Positions 29,177-40,843 of a stretch of DNA of 64,000 bases are shown one piece after another. Both the position numbers and the translations under genes were made by a program. Under the pieces are notes generated by a model that worked only from the letters and a program-made list of their open reading frames with translations, was not told where the DNA came from and made no database searches. The DNA lies in assembly GCA_947085205.1 (NCBI GenBank), contig CAMTVO010000010.1, positions 40,983-104,982 of the forward strand, read 5' to 3'. The DNA comes from an uncultured Nitrospiraceae bacterium (GTDB lineage Bacteria > Nitrospirota > Thermodesulfovibrionia > Thermodesulfovibrionales > Dissulfurispiraceae). How positions within the stretch are numbered: position 1 is the first letter of the stretch; every line of letters begins with the position of its first letter.

Positions 29177-29782
29177 TTAATGTATCAGTTTCCCCATCCT
29201 TCCGAGCCTCGGCATTTTCTTCATGTTATCCCAAGACCAGTATATTATAAAGGCCTTGCCTTTTATATCCTTCATGTCTACATAGCCCCAGTATCTGCTG
29301 TCGTAACTCTGATCCCTATTATCTCCCATAACAAACAGCTTATTGGGGGGTACAAGATACGGGCCGAAATTGTCCCTCGGCTCTATGCCTCCTATTCTCA
29401 TCGAATTATCTGTATGCTGAGCATAAGGCTCGCTTATGGGTTTTCCATTAATGAATATCTTTCTGTTTCTCGATTCGATCATGTCGCCCTCTACGCCGAC
29501 AACCCTTTTTATGAAATCCCTTTTAGGGTCTTCCGGATACTTGAATACAATAATGTCGCCTGTTTTTGGTTTTGTAATAACAATAATTCTATTGTCGGAA
29601 AACGGTATCTTTGTGCCGTATATGAATTTGTTCACGAGTATGTGGTCTCCAATGAGAAGCGTCTGGAGCATTGAGCCCGAAGGAATCTTGAATGCCTGAA
29701 TCACAAATGTCCTGATGATAAGGGCAAGTATTAATGCGGTGACTATTGCCTTAGTATATTCCCATAATTTGCTCTGTTTCAT
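29177..29782 (-). CDS. lepB: Signal peptidase I
   Basis: IPSGSM, FIKRVVG, MGDNRDQSYDSRYWG. Confidence 0.96.
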   Translation of the reverse strand: MKQSKLWEYTKAIVTALILALIIRTFVIQAFKIPSGSMLQTLLIGDHILVNKFIYGTKIPFSDNRIIVITKPKTGDIIVFKYPEDPKRDFIKRVVGVEGDMIESRNRKIFINGKPISEPYAQHTDNSMRIGGIEPRDNFGPYLVPPNKLFVMGDNRDQSYDSRYWGYVDMKDIKGKAFIIYWSWDNMKKMPRLGRMGKLIH

Positions 29783-29821
29783 TTCTTAAACTTTATGCCT
29801 CCTATTAATTGTTAATGACAG

Positions 29822-29987
29822 CAGCATAGAAGGGCAAACTCGCAGCGAAATCACGGTCTTGGAGCCGAACAAAAGCCCTGAAGGCTTTTGTGGGAGTTGC
29901 ACTTCAATAAACAAATATCTTCATCAATAAAACAACTCCACTGGCACTCAGGTAGTTTATTTCGCAAGAGTTTGTCCTTCTATGCTG
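29822..29987. mobile_element. 166-bp MITE-like element with 20-bp terminal inverted repeats
   Basis: CAGCATAGAAGGGCAAACTC / GAGTTTGTCCTTCTATGCTG (19/20 match); no convincing ORF; no clear TSD. Confidence 0.65.
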
Positions 29988-29998
29988 AATAGGCGCTG

Positions 29999-31795
29999 CT
30001 ATTCCTTCACTTGCAAAACAGACAGGAATGCCTCTTGCGGTATCTCCAGCTTTCCTATCTGTTTCATCCTCTTTTTGCCTTCCTTCTGTTTTTCGAGGAG
30101 TTTCCGTTTCCTTGTCACATCGCCACCATAGCACTTTGCAAGGACATTTTTCCTGAGGGCTTTTATGCTTTCTCTTGCAATAACCTTCCCGCCGATGGCA
30201 GCCTGAATCGCGATTTCGAACAACTGTCTCGGTATGACTTGCCGCAGCTTTTCGGCAATCTGCCTGCCCTTATAATAAGCCTTGTCCTTATGCACAATCA
30301 AGGAAAGCGCATCCACAGGCTCTCCGTTAAGCAGTATATCGAGTTTAACAAGCTTTGACTCCCTGTATCCCAGAAATTCGTAATCCATGGATGCATAGCC
30401 CTTTGAGACGGATTTAAGCCTGTCATAAAAATCCCAGAGAATCTCGTTCAGCGGCAGTTCGTAAGCGACCATAATCCTGTCCTGGCTTATATAATTGAAT
30501 TCCTTCTGCACTCCTCGCTTTTCCTGACAAAGTTCGAGTATCTGTCCGATATATGCCTGAGGCACAAGGATTGATACCTTCACATAGGGCTCCTCTATTT
30601 TCAGAAATCTCTCAGGAAGGCTGCTTGGGTTGTCCACATATATCTCCTTGCCATCCATGTCTGTTACTCTGTATATAACTGTCGGCGCTGTGCTTATAAG
30701 TGAGAGCTCGAACTCCCTTTCGAGTCTCTCTTTGATTATCTCCATGTGTAAAAGTCCTAAAAATCCGCATCTGAAGCCGAATCCAAGGGCAGACGATGTT
30801 TCTGGCTCAAAACGGAATGAAGAATCGTTCAGCCTCAGTTTTTCGAGGGCTGTTTTTAAATCCTCATATTGGTGCGTTTCTACCGGATAAAGGCCGCAAA
30901 AGACCATCGGCTTAATCTCTTTATATCCAGGTAGAGACTTATCTGCAGGGTTACTTACATCTGTTATGGTATCTCCTATTTTTGTGTCAACCACATTCTT
31001 TATCCCTGCAATCACATATCCCACCTCACCTGCTGAAAGCTGCGACACCTCCTGTATCTTGGGCGTAAAGACGCCTACCTTCGAAATTTCGTACTCTTTA
31101 TCTGCTGCCATCAATTTTATCTTCATCCCCGGACGTATTGTTCCATCGAATACCCTCACAAGGACTATGACACCTTGATAGTTGTCAAACCATGAATCAA
31201 ATATTAAAGCCTTTAAAGGTTTCTCATCACTACCTGCCGGGGGAGGTATTTTTTTTACAATCGCCTCCAGTATCTCTTTTATGCCTATTCCTTCCTTTGC
31301 GCTTGCGAGAATTGCTTCAGAGCAGTCAATGCCAATGCCGTCCTCTATCTGTTCTTTCACTCTTTCAGGCTCTGCGCCAGGCAGGTCTATTTTGTTGATT
31401 ACAGGGATTATCTCATGGTTGCGCTCCACAGCAAGATAAGTGTTTGCAAGGGTCTGCGCTTCAACTCCCTGTGTAGCGTCAACCACCAGCAGACTTCCCT
31501 CGCACGAAGCAAGGCTCCTCGACACCTCGTAAGAGAAATCCACATGCCCCGGCGTATCGATGAGGTTCAGAATGTACTCATTGCCGTCGTCTGCTTTATA
31601 AATTAGTCTTACGGCATGAGCTTTGATTGTGATTCCCCTCTCTCTTTCGAGATCCATCGAATCGAGCACCTGCTCCATCATCTCCCTTGAGCTCAGCGCA
31701 CCGGTAAACTCCAGCAGTCTGTCCGCGAGTGTGGACTTGCCGTGGTCTATGTGGGCGATAATCGAAAAATTTCGTATATTTTTAGTCATAGTCAT
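29999..31795 (-). CDS. lepA: Elongation factor 4
   Basis: [41 protein letters not shown]. Confidence 0.98.
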   Translation of the reverse strand: MTMTKNIRNFSIIAHIDHGKSTLADRLLEFTGALSSREMMEQVLDSMDLERERGITIKAHAVRLIYKADDGNEYILNLIDTPGHVDFSYEVSRSLASCEGSLLVVDATQGVEAQTLANTYLAVERNHEIIPVINKIDLPGAEPERVKEQIEDGIGIDCSEAILASAKEGIGIKEILEAIVKKIPPPAGSDEKPLKALIFDSWFDNYQGVIVLVRVFDGTIRPGMKIKLMAADKEYEISKVGVFTPKIQEVSQLSAGEVGYVIAGIKNVVDTKIGDTITDVSNPADKSLPGYKEIKPMVFCGLYPVETHQYEDLKTALEKLRLNDSSFRFEPETSSALGFGFRCGFLGLLHMEIIKERLEREFELSLISTAPTVIYRVTDMDGKEIYVDNPSSLPERFLKIEEPYVKVSILVPQAYIGQILELCQEKRGVQKEFNYISQDRIMVAYELPLNEILWDFYDRLKSVSKGYASMDYEFLGYRESKLVKLDILLNGEPVDALSLIVHKDKAYYKGRQIAEKLRQVIPRQLFEIAIQAAIGGKVIARESIKALRKNVLAKCYGGDVTRKRKLLEKQKEGKKRMKQIGKLEIPQEAFLSVLQVKE

Positions 31796-31801
31796 TCCCC
31801 A

Positions 31802-32743
31802 TTACTCCATCACCTTACACTCCTCAAACACAAGTTTTGCGGCACCGATAATGCCGGCATTATCCCCTAAAGAGGATGGAATAATTTTCACCTTTGCGTA
31901 GAGCTCCTTCAATGCCCTCTTTGACGCCTCCTGTATTGCAGACTCTACATAGATATTCCATGCGCCAAGAAGCCCTCCTGTCAGGATAATTGCATCAGGG
32001 CTTAGGATGTTTATCAAGTTTGCAATACCTATGCCGAGGCTCTTGCCGGCCTCCCTCAGAACAGTCCTCGAAAGGGTATCGCCTTCGAGTGCGGCTTTAT
32101 AAATATCTTCGGCAGTAATCTTGTAAAAGTTTCCGTTGTAGAGGTCTTTTAAAATACTACTGTTGCCTTTCTCTAGATTTGACACCGCATTCCCTATGAT
32201 GGCGGTTGCCGAGGCATAAGACTCAAGACATCCCACATTGCCGCATGCACACTGCTGTCCATTTGCATTTATGCTCATATGCCCCACTTCCGCGGCAATG
32301 GGTAACAATTTATTGTTTATTACAACACCTCCGCCTATACCGGTTCCAAGCGTAAGAACTATAAAGCTATTGAAATCCTTTCCGGCGCCCGCGCATTTTT
32401 CTCCGTAGGCAGCAGCGTTTGCGTCATTTTCTACAACAACACAGGCTTTGTAACGTTTTTTTAACTCGGATTCGAGCCTTTCGCCTGCAAGCTCCGGAAT
32501 GTTCGGCGACCTTAAAATAATGCCATCTTCTCTGTCTATAATTCCGGCAACGGCAATTCCTATTCCGCATACCTGCTTTGAGTGCTTGGAATACAAGGAA
32601 TCTATAAGCTTATGAATCACTGCACCCGGTTTTCTGCCTGTTGATTCCTTAACCTTCATCTCTACTTCTCCGCTGCTGTTGACCAGCGCAGCCCTTATAT
32701 TTGTGCCGCCTATATCCACGCTGACTGCATAGTTTTTTGCCAT
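31802..32743 (-). CDS. glk: ROK-family glucokinase
   Basis: DIGGT, ENDANAAA, LGTGIGGG, EVGH, CxCGxxGCLE. Confidence 0.88.
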   Translation of the reverse strand: MAKNYAVSVDIGGTNIRAALVNSSGEVEMKVKESTGRKPGAVIHKLIDSLYSKHSKQVCGIGIAVAGIIDREDGIILRSPNIPELAGERLESELKKRYKACVVVENDANAAAYGEKCAGAGKDFNSFIVLTLGTGIGGGVVINNKLLPIAAEVGHMSINANGQQCACGNVGCLESYASATAIIGNAVSNLEKGNSSILKDLYNGNFYKITAEDIYKAALEGDTLSRTVLREAGKSLGIGIANLINILSPDAIILTGGLLGAWNIYVESAIQEASKRALKELYAKVKIIPSSLGDNAGIIGAAKLVFEECKVME

Positions 32744-32883
32744 TACACTTTCACCTTCCACACTCGATTTTTGAAAACTATTTATTATACCAGACTGAGA
32801 GGCTATATTTTTTATTCCGCCTTTTTTGCATTTTTTATCTTTGTCCCGAAAAATCGACATAGAAAGTTGTTATTCTTCTCAAA

Positions 32884-32906
32884 CCCCCTCCCGTCAAGGG
32901 AGGGGG
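32884..32906. repeat. Short REP-like palindrome
   Basis: CCCCCTCCC-GTCAA-GGGAGGGGG in the divergent glk/bamA spacer. Confidence 0.6.
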
Positions 32907-33025
32907 AACTTTTGGAAAGTTATATGTCTATTTTTGGTTTGTTTTTATAGATTTTTTTGGGATTAAATTGTGTTATACTACCCTTCAATTTTAAGGACAG
33001 TTCTTTTGGCATAAACGGAGGATAT

Positions 33026-35281
33026 ATGAGGAGAAAGGGAATAGCCACGGTTGCAATACTGGTGTTAACCGCGCTGATTATCGGCGCTGCATATGCTGAA
33101 GATCTTCCCCTTGTAACAGCCATCGGCGTTAAAGGACTGAAACGCATCGAGGAAGGGTCTATAAGAGCAAGGGTATCACAGAAAATAGGAGAGCCGCTCT
33201 CTCAGGAAAAGACGACTGAAGACATAAAGACGATATATAAAATGGGATATTTCGACGACGTAAAGATCGAAATAGAGCCATTTGAAGGCGGAATAAAAGT
33301 CGTATATATTGTCAGGGAAAAACCGACTATCGTAAGAGTAGAGTTTCAGGGAAACAAGAAGTTCAAAGACGACGAATTAAAGGACAAGATCGGATTAACT
33401 GCGGGTGCAATATCGGACGTCACTCTCATTAATGATAATGCATCTAAATTAAGGGCATTTTACGAGGATGAAGGCTACTATCTTGCCAAAATAGTTCCGG
33501 TCGTAAAAAAAGCGGAGGAAGGCGAGGTTAACGTAACATATCAAATAGAAGAAGGCGAAAAGGTAAAGATAAAGGAGATAAAGATAGAAGGCAACAAAGC
33601 AATGTCCTCAAGCGCCATCAAGAAGGCGATGAAAACGACAGAGAGAGGTATGTTTTCTTTTATATTAGGCGGCGGATACTATAAAAAAGATGTGATGCGC
33701 GCCGATGTCGAGAGAATAAGAGACCTGTATTTCAACAACGGATACATCAAGCTTACTGTAGGCGAGCCTATCATACAACTAACCGATGATAAAAAGGGTA
33801 TGAGGATTACTGTTCAGGTTTCCGAAGGCGAGCAGTTCAAGGTGTCCTCCGTGGAGGTTGCCGGCAATAAGGCATTTTCTGAAGAAGAAATAAGGAAGCT
33901 CATAAAACTCTCTCCAAAGAAAATATTCAATAAAGAAATACTGCGCAAAGATGTAGCCGCAATAACAGACCAATATTCCAACAACGGATATGCCCTCATT
34001 GTCGTCTCCCCTGACCTTATACCGAATGAAGAGACAAAAGAGACAAAGGTGGTTTACAAGATTGACGAGGGCGATAAATACAGGGTCGGAAGGATAGAAA
34101 TATCAGGAAACATAAAGACGAGGGACAAAGTAATAAGAAGGGAGATACGTTTGGACGAAGGCGATGTCTTTAATGCCTTTGCTCTGAAAAGGAGCTATGA
34201 AAGGCTCAACAACCTGCAGTTTTTCGAAGCGGTTGAAGTAGGGCCTAAGCCTAAGCCTGAAGAAAAGCTTGTCGACCTCGATGTGAAGGTAAAAGAAAAG
34301 CCCACAGGATTCCTGAGCATTGGCGGCGGTTACAGTTCCGTAGACAAATTTGTGGCGATGGTTGATTTAACACAGGGCAATCTCTTCGGCAAGGGCCAGT
34401 ATATAAAACTCCGCGGAGAGCTTGGAGGTAGAAGCTCTTTTTATGAACTCTCTTTCAGAGATCCGTGGTTCATGGACAAACCAATATCATTCGGTACTGC
34501 TCTTTATAAAACCACAAGGAAATACGGTAACTTTGAAAGAAAGGCTACCGGTTTTGAGGTGTCGTTCGGAAAGAGCTTCTGGGAATACTGGGGCGCTTCC
34601 ATAGCCTACAATTACGAGCAGTCAACAATATTTAATGTGAAACCGGACGCATCCACAACAGTAAAAGATCAAGAAGGAACAAAAACGACAAGCAGCATAA
34701 CGGCTTCTGTCGGAAGGGATACGAGGGATAACCATCTCGATCCCTTGAAAGGCTCTAAAAATACATTGGCCATGACATTTGCCGGTTTAGGAGGAACAAA
34801 CGCATTTTATAAAACAATCTTCGATTCAGGCTGGTACTATCCTTTGTTCGATGTTACCACCGTACATCTCCGTGGAAGGATAGGGTATGCATCAGGATTG
34901 TTCGGCAAAAAGCTTCCGCTCTACGAGAAGTATTATGTAGGCGGAATATATACAGTGCGCGGTCTCGGATACGGTCAGGCAGGGCCTATAGACACCCAGA
35001 GCGGCGAGGCATTGGGTGGAGAAAAACAACTGGTATTCAATGCAGAATATATATTCCCCATCGTGTCTGAATACAAATTCAAGGGCCTCGTATTCTTCGA
35101 TGCAGGTAGGGCATACGATAAAGGGGAGACATTGGGAAGCGACCTCAGATATACGTCAGGCGCCGGTATAAGGTGGATATCACCTATGGGCCCTATAAGG
35201 ATTGAATGGGGTTATAATCTGGATAAAAAACCAGGCGAGTCAGCCAGCAAGGTAGAATTTACCTTTGGGACATTCTTTTAG
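33026..35281 (+). CDS. bamA: Outer membrane protein assembly factor BamA
   Basis: POTRA repeats, VRG(L/Y) loop, SPMGP, C-terminal FTFGTFF. Confidence 0.96.
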   Translation: MRRKGIATVAILVLTALIIGAAYAEDLPLVTAIGVKGLKRIEEGSIRARVSQKIGEPLSQEKTTEDIKTIYKMGYFDDVKIEIEPFEGGIKVVYIVREKPTIVRVEFQGNKKFKDDELKDKIGLTAGAISDVTLINDNASKLRAFYEDEGYYLAKIVPVVKKAEEGEVNVTYQIEEGEKVKIKEIKIEGNKAMSSSAIKKAMKTTERGMFSFILGGGYYKKDVMRADVERIRDLYFNNGYIKLTVGEPIIQLTDDKKGMRITVQVSEGEQFKVSSVEVAGNKAFSEEEIRKLIKLSPKKIFNKEILRKDVAAITDQYSNNGYALIVVSPDLIPNEETKETKVVYKIDEGDKYRVGRIEISGNIKTRDKVIRREIRLDEGDVFNAFALKRSYERLNNLQFFEAVEVGPKPKPEEKLVDLDVKVKEKPTGFLSIGGGYSSVDKFVAMVDLTQGNLFGKGQYIKLRGELGGRSSFYELSFRDPWFMDKPISFGTALYKTTRKYGNFERKATGFEVSFGKSFWEYWGASIAYNYEQSTIFNVKPDASTTVKDQEGTKTTSSITASVGRDTRDNHLDPLKGSKNTLAMTFAGLGGTNAFYKTIFDSGWYYPLFDVTTVHLRGRIGYASGLFGKKLPLYEKYYVGGIYTVRGLGYGQAGPIDTQSGEALGGEKQLVFNAEYIFPIVSEYKFKGLVFFDAGRAYDKGETLGSDLRYTSGAGIRWISPMGPIRIEWGYNLDKKPGESASKVEFTFGTFF

Positions 35282-35298
35282 AAAAATTGGAGGATAAA

Positions 35299-35838
35299 AT
35301 GAAAAAAATTCTGGTTGTTATGCTCGCAGGACTGTGCATACTTGCATCGGGCATGCTTTCAAGCGTTTCTGCCGAAACATTCAAGGTCGGTATAGTCGAC
35401 ATCTTCAGGGCGCTTAATGAGTCGGAAGCAGGAAAAAGGGCAAAAGCTGATCTGGAGGCGCTGATTAAATCCAAGCAGGCAGCTATCGAAGAAAAAGGGA
35501 AAAGTATTGAAAAACTAAGGACTGACATGGAAAAACAGGCAGCCATAATATCTCCTGAAGCAAAAAAGAAAAAAGAGGAAGAGCTTGAGCGTCTTATCAG
35601 AGATTTTCAGAGAATAGTTGCCGACTCGGAGGCTGAGGTAAAAAAGAAAGAAGGGGAATTGACAGGGGAGATATTAAAAGAGTTGAGGAATATCATTAAT
35701 AAGATCTCCCAAGAAGAAGGGTATTCCTTAATGCTGGAACATGCTGAAGGCCTTATTCTGTATGCCAACAAGTCCCTTGACATTACGGATAAAGTGATAA
35801 AGAGATATAACGAGGCAAAAGCAAAACCGGCAAAATAA
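35299..35838 (+). CDS. skp: Skp/OmpH periplasmic chaperone
   Basis: KVGIVD, coiled coil, DITDKVI; between bamA and lpxD. Confidence 0.92.
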   Translation: MKKILVVMLAGLCILASGMLSSVSAETFKVGIVDIFRALNESEAGKRAKADLEALIKSKQAAIEEKGKSIEKLRTDMEKQAAIISPEAKKKKEEELERLIRDFQRIVADSEAEVKKKEGELTGEILKELRNIINKISQEEGYSLMLEHAEGLILYANKSLDITDKVIKRYNEAKAKPAK

Positions 35839-35843
35839 TAGCA

Positions 35844-36854
35844 ATGAAGCTCAAAGATATAGCTGGCTTTATAAATGGCAAGGTTATCGGTAATGGAGAA
35901 GTCGAGATAGCCGGTGCAGCGGGTATTTCTGATGCAAAAGAGGGAGAGATCACATTCTTATCATCGGTGAAGCTGTTAAAGGCTCTAAAAAGCAGCAAGG
36001 CATCTGCGGTAATTGTAAAAGAGCGGATTGAGGACATAGAAAAACCGCAGGTAATTGCAAAAAATCCACAATATGCCTTTGCAATGCTTTTATCCCATTT
36101 CTATGTAAAACAGCATCCATATAAGGGTATAAGCAAAAACTCCTATGTCTCAGATAATGCCAACATCGGAGAGAATACTACAATCTATCCATTTGCATAC
36201 ATATCCGACGGTATAAAGATAGGCTCGGGAACTGTCATCTATCCGGGAGTTTTTATCGGCGAAAACAGCATTATCGGCAAGGGCTGCACATTATACCCGA
36301 ATGTTACGATAAGAGAGGGCGTTGTGATAGGCAGCAGGGTCGTCATCCATGCAGGCTCTGTCATAGGCTCCGACGGCTTTGGATATGTATTTGAAAACGG
36401 CGCGCATCAGAAAATACCCCAGATCGGCAGCGTTATAATAGAAGACGACGTGGAAATAGGCGCCAACGTAACAATTGACAGAGCGACAACAGGCAGTACC
36501 ATAATCGGCAAAGGCACAAAGATAGATAATCTTGTACAGATAGGGCATAATGTTCGGGTAGGGGAAAATGTTATATTAGTAGCTCAGGTGGGAATAGCCG
36601 GAAGCTCAATTATAGGCGACGGAGTAATTCTCGGCGGTCAGGTAGGAGTTGCAGACCATACCGTTGTAGAAGCTGGTACAATGGTTGGTGCAAAATCCGG
36701 CGTTATGGGAGAAATGAAAAAAGGCATATATTCAGGCATACTGCCTATGCCGCACAGGGAATGGCTGAAAGCAATGTCGGTATTCTCACAGCTGCCGGAG
36801 TTGAATAAAAAAGTAAGGGAGTTAGAAGAAGAAGTCAGGCGATTAAAAGGTTAA
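35844..36854 (+). CDS. lpxD: UDP-3-O-acylglucosamine N-acyltransferase
   Basis: Hexapeptide repeats, [18 protein letters not shown]. Confidence 0.96.
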   Translation: MKLKDIAGFINGKVIGNGEVEIAGAAGISDAKEGEITFLSSVKLLKALKSSKASAVIVKERIEDIEKPQVIAKNPQYAFAMLLSHFYVKQHPYKGISKNSYVSDNANIGENTTIYPFAYISDGIKIGSGTVIYPGVFIGENSIIGKGCTLYPNVTIREGVVIGSRVVIHAGSVIGSDGFGYVFENGAHQKIPQIGSVIIEDDVEIGANVTIDRATTGSTIIGKGTKIDNLVQIGHNVRVGENVILVAQVGIAGSSIIGDGVILGGQVGVADHTVVEAGTMVGAKSGVMGEMKKGIYSGILPMPHREWLKAMSVFSQLPELNKKVRELEEEVRRLKG

Positions 36855-36945
36855 GAGGCAAAGAGTCAGAGTGTCAGAGCTTTAATACCTTTGATGCTCT
36901 GACTCTTTGATGCATTGGCACTTTGACGATATATAAGGAGGTAGA

Positions 36946-37380
36946 ATGATAGACATAAGAGAAATTTTATCCATACTTCCCCACAGATACCCATTCTTGC
37001 TCGTCGACAAGATTGTAGAGTTAGAGCCTAATGTAAAGGCCGTAGGAATTAAGAATGTGACCATCAATGAACCTTTTTTTCAGGGGCACTTTCCTCCTGA
37101 CAACCCCATAATGCCCGGTGTATTAATTGTGGAGGCAATGGCTCAGGTAGCAGGTATTCTTGCGTTCAAGTCAGGGGTTCAGGGAAAGGCGGTATATTTT
37201 ATGAGCATCGAAAAGGTGAAGTTTAGAAAGCCGGTATTGCCCGGCGACCAGCTCAGGTTCGAAGTGCAGGTTACGCATACGAGGGGGAGCGTCTGGAAAT
37301 TTTCAGGAAGCGCCTTTGTCGGAGATAAATTGACATCCGAGGCTGAATTTACTGCCATGGTCTCGGACAGGGAATTATAG
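36946..37380 (+). CDS. fabZ: 3-hydroxyacyl-ACP dehydratase
   Basis: [29 protein letters not shown]. Confidence 0.97.
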   Translation: MIDIREILSILPHRYPFLLVDKIVELEPNVKAVGIKNVTINEPFFQGHFPPDNPIMPGVLIVEAMAQVAGILAFKSGVQGKAVYFMSIEKVKFRKPVLPGDQLRFEVQVTHTRGSVWKFSGSAFVGDKLTSEAEFTAMVSDREL

Positions 37381-37455
37381 TAAGCACTAAGAACTATGCA
37401 GTAGGGAAGATCTGGTGCTTACTGCGTAGTGCTTAGTTAAGAATATGGAGGATGA

Positions 37456-38235
37456 ATGGCAAAGGAAATACATGAAACAGCAGAAATAAGTTCAAAAGCA
37501 GAAATAGATGACGATGTCTCTATAGGGCCTTTCTGTATTGTCGGAGAAGGCGTGTCGATAAAAAAAGGGACAAAACTCTTGTCAAATATAGTCATAGAGG
37601 GCAACACAGAGATAGGAGAAGAGTGCACGATTTATACGTTTGCGTCCATCGGGCTTCCGCCTCAGGACCTCAAATATAAAAACGAAAAAACAGGCGTAAA
37701 GGTCGGTAATAAAAACATTATAAGGGAGTATGTGACAATCCACAGGGCGTCTGTGGGAGGAGACCGGCTTACAGAGGTCGGAGACTCTAATTTCCTTATG
37801 GCATATGTCCATATAGCCCATGATTGCAAGATCGGGAATGGAGTGATTATGGCAAATGCAGCCACCCTTGCCGGGCATGTGCTTGTCGAGGACTTTGCAT
37901 TTATAGGAGGGATTGTTGCTGTTCATCAGTTCACCCGCATTGGAGCATATTCCATGGTCGGAGGCTTCAGCGGAATAGGACAGGACATTCCCCCGTATAC
38001 AATGGCATCAGGTCCCCGTGCAAAATTATATGGACTTAATGCACTGGGCCTTAAAAGGCACGGCTTTTCGGATGACGCTATAAACATTCTGAAAAAGGCA
38101 TATAAAATACTCTTCAGGGAAAAAAGGACACTGAAGGATGCGCTAAAAAAGATAAAATCAGATATCCCTGAGACGCCTGAGATAAAGCACCTGCTCGAAT
38201 TTATAGAAAAGAACAAAAGGGGAATATGCAGGTGA
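37456..38235 (+). CDS. lpxA: UDP-N-acetylglucosamine acyltransferase
   Basis: PQDLKY, HIAHDC, LAGHV, HQF. Confidence 0.96.
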   Translation: MAKEIHETAEISSKAEIDDDVSIGPFCIVGEGVSIKKGTKLLSNIVIEGNTEIGEECTIYTFASIGLPPQDLKYKNEKTGVKVGNKNIIREYVTIHRASVGGDRLTEVGDSNFLMAYVHIAHDCKIGNGVIMANAATLAGHVLVEDFAFIGGIVAVHQFTRIGAYSMVGGFSGIGQDIPPYTMASGPRAKLYGLNALGLKRHGFSDDAINILKKAYKILFREKRTLKDALKKIKSDIPETPEIKHLLEFIEKNKRGICR

Positions 38236-39134
38236 GTCGAGAGTCGAGAGTCGAGAGTCGAGAGTCAGAAATTTTAGAAAAAAATGAAAATAAACTTATT
38301 GGAATAATAGCAGGAACAGGAGATCTCCCCAAGATAATCGCCATGGACGCCAGGGAGCGAGGTTTTAAGGTAATCACGATTGCCCTGGAAAATCTTGCCT
38401 CTCCTGATTTAAACAAACTGTCCGATGAGATAAAATGGATCAATGTAGGCAAGTTCGGAGAGTTAATAGATACCCTGAAAGAATTTGATGTAAACGAGGC
38501 TATAATGGCAGGGAAGGTCTCAAAGTCCCTTCTCTACAAATCGAAAATAACGCCAGACCTCAAGGCAGTGAAGCTTCTTTTCTCCCTTAAGGACAAAAAC
38601 GACGACTCGATATTAAATGCAATAACAAAGGAACTGCAAAAGGAAGGGATAAGCATAATAGATACGCCGACTTTCAGTCCGCATCTATTAACACCTGAGG
38701 GAGTATTGACAGAAGAGCCTCCCGCTATTGATGAATGGAAGGATATAGAATTCGGCTGGAGGATAGCTAAGGAGATAGGAAGGCTCGACATAGGCCAGAC
38801 AGTTATTGTAAAGGGACAGGCTGTTATGTCGGTTGAGGCGATTGAGGGTACTGATGAGGCGATACTCAGGGGAGGAAAACTATCAGGCGAGGGAGCCGTA
38901 GTAATTAAAGTATCGAAACCCCATCAAGATATGCGTCTTGACGTTCCTGTTGTCGGCATAGATACCCTCAAGTCAATGATAGATGTTCGGGCGAGGGTGC
39001 TTGCTGTTGAAGCGCACAAGAGCATGATAATAAACAGGGAGAGATTTGTCAGGGAAGCGGAAGAGGGAGGCATTTCCGTAGTTGGGATATCCAATGAAAA
39101 AATTGTAAAAAAGATAGCCCATACGAAACATTAA
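38226..39134 (+). CDS. lpxI: UDP-2,3-diacylglucosamine hydrolase LpxI
   Basis: GIIAGxGxLP, DIGQT, VEAIEGTD, KPHQDMRLDVP; N-terminus extended by a (GAGTCGA)x4 repeat. Confidence 0.92.
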   Translation: MQVSRESRVESRESEILEKNENKLIGIIAGTGDLPKIIAMDARERGFKVITIALENLASPDLNKLSDEIKWINVGKFGELIDTLKEFDVNEAIMAGKVSKSLLYKSKITPDLKAVKLLFSLKDKNDDSILNAITKELQKEGISIIDTPTFSPHLLTPEGVLTEEPPAIDEWKDIEFGWRIAKEIGRLDIGQTVIVKGQAVMSVEAIEGTDEAILRGGKLSGEGAVVIKVSKPHQDMRLDVPVVGIDTLKSMIDVRARVLAVEAHKSMIINRERFVREAEEGGISVVGISNEKIVKKIAHTKH

Positions 39135-39143
39135 AAAACAGCT

Positions 39144-40136
39144 ATGTCTTATATCTCAATAATAAAAGAAGGAATAAGCACCGTACATAAAAACTGGCAA
39201 TTGATAATAGTGCAGTTCGTCTCGATGGTTCTCAGCTTCATGGGCTTTTTTGTCATTGTCGGCATTCCTATTGCCATTGCATTCATAATGTTCGGCCTCG
39301 ACCTTACGGAAATCCTCAGACTCAAAGACCTGGCAAGCGCATTTAAAGGCTCAGCAGAGCTGTTACAGAAATACTTTGCAATGGCGATAATAATCATCTT
39401 GAGCCTCCTCCTCTATATAGCATTTATCGTTATCTTATGGGTATTCACCATCAGCGGCACTATGGGCATACTTAAAAACGACATCCTGAACACCGGCATT
39501 AGATTCAGCATGAAGACCTTTTTTGCCGAAGGAAGGAGTTTCTTCTTTCCGGCATTTTTCTTTTCAGCGCTAATCGGCGCTGTCTTTATACTCCTCGCTT
39601 TCATGCTCGGACTCCTCGGCGGCGGGGCATCCGCAATAATAGAAATGGCAAAGACTCAGGAGGCAGCCCTTGCCCTCTTTCTCGGCGTGTTCTTTTCTCT
39701 GCTCATTCTCTCTGTCGGCATTTTTTTAATCATAGTAACGCTGTCGATAACAACTTATGGAATTGCATATCTGGCGTTCAACAGGTCGAAGTCGCTCGAA
39801 ACCTTCACAGAAACAGTCAAATACCTTTACTCAAAACCTTCATCTGTAGGCTTTTACGCTGTTTTATTGCTCGGGTATATGGCAGTAGGCTTTTTGGTGA
39901 TTTTAATAGGCTCGCCCCTTGCATTCATACCGATAATTGGCCCCATTTTAGCCCTGCCGTATCAGCTTATTACCTATGCCATTCAGGGATACCTCAGCCT
40001 TGTAATGCTTTCTTCAGTATTTCATTATTATCACAAGACAGAATATCCTTCACCGCTCCCTGAGTCCATCGAGGGTTCTGATACTTCTCAGACAATAGCA
40101 GTAGAGCAATCTCATGCTCATGAGGAGAAGGCTTAG
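39144..40136 (+). CDS. Multi-pass membrane protein of unknown function
   Basis: About 6-7 hydrophobic segments; co-oriented with the lpx operon. Confidence 0.75.
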   Translation: MSYISIIKEGISTVHKNWQLIIVQFVSMVLSFMGFFVIVGIPIAIAFIMFGLDLTEILRLKDLASAFKGSAELLQKYFAMAIIIILSLLLYIAFIVILWVFTISGTMGILKNDILNTGIRFSMKTFFAEGRSFFFPAFFFSALIGAVFILLAFMLGLLGGGASAIIEMAKTQEAALALFLGVFFSLLILSVGIFLIIVTLSITTYGIAYLAFNRSKSLETFTETVKYLYSKPSSVGFYAVLLLGYMAVGFLVILIGSPLAFIPIIGPILALPYQLITYAIQGYLSLVMLSSVFHYYHKTEYPSPLPESIEGSDTSQTIAVEQSHAHEEKA

Positions 40137-40842
40137 AATCAACAAGAGTAATACGAAAGGTCTCTTCAAAGGCTGATTTTGTATGCTCCTTAAATTTTTC
40201 ATGGTCAAAGTCCGGAAGCAATTCTTTTAAACCGGACATGCCTTGCATGGAGTATTGGGGTGTTGGAGTATTGGCTTTAAATACCAAGCAGGCCTTTTCA
40301 TAATCAATGAAATAAGGAATAGAGCCTTGTTGCAAAAATCCGTCACTCCACCTCTTCTGCGCGGAGCCTATAAGTTTTTTGTCGCTGAAGCTTATCTCTC
40401 CGTAGGATGTGGATTGAAAACAAATAGGACTCCGCATAAGGCTCCTTCCAGATTCCCTCTCCATCTTCATTGTTACATTTAAACCTGCTTTATTCAGAGC
40501 CGACTGAAAGGCAGCGCTTAACTTACGGTAGGTTTCTAAAAGACCTGCTGAGAATTCTCCTGCGTTTTTTGCGGAAAAGCTGTACGTGAGTTCGTCTCCG
40601 TGAAGAATCCCTCTGCCTCCGGTTGGTCTTCTGACAACCGGAATATTATTATCAATGCAATATTGCAGGTTAATGTCTGTTATCTTCTGGAATGAGCCGA
40701 GGCTCACGGACGGACCTGACCATCCGTATAATCGAATAGTAGGAGGAGCTTCTCTATTTCTAACATGGATGGCAATGGCCTCATCAAGAGCCATGTTATA
40801 TGTGGCATCACAGCAACCGGAATCTATAAATCTCCACTCCAC
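39994..40842 (-). CDS. Lipoate-protein ligase/octanoyltransferase (LipM/LplA family)
   Basis: NMALDEA, RRPTGGR..LH, KLIGSAQ. Confidence 0.9.
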   Translation of the reverse strand: MEWRFIDSGCCDATYNMALDEAIAIHVRNREAPPTIRLYGWSGPSVSLGSFQKITDINLQYCIDNNIPVVRRPTGGRGILHGDELTYSFSAKNAGEFSAGLLETYRKLSAAFQSALNKAGLNVTMKMERESGRSLMRSPICFQSTSYGEISFSDKKLIGSAQKRWSDGFLQQGSIPYFIDYEKACLVFKANTPTPQYSMQGMSGLKELLPDFDHEKFKEHTKSAFEETFRITLVDSKPSPHEHEIALLLLSEKYQNPRWTQGAVKDILSCDNNEILKKALQG

Positions 40843-40843
40843 A

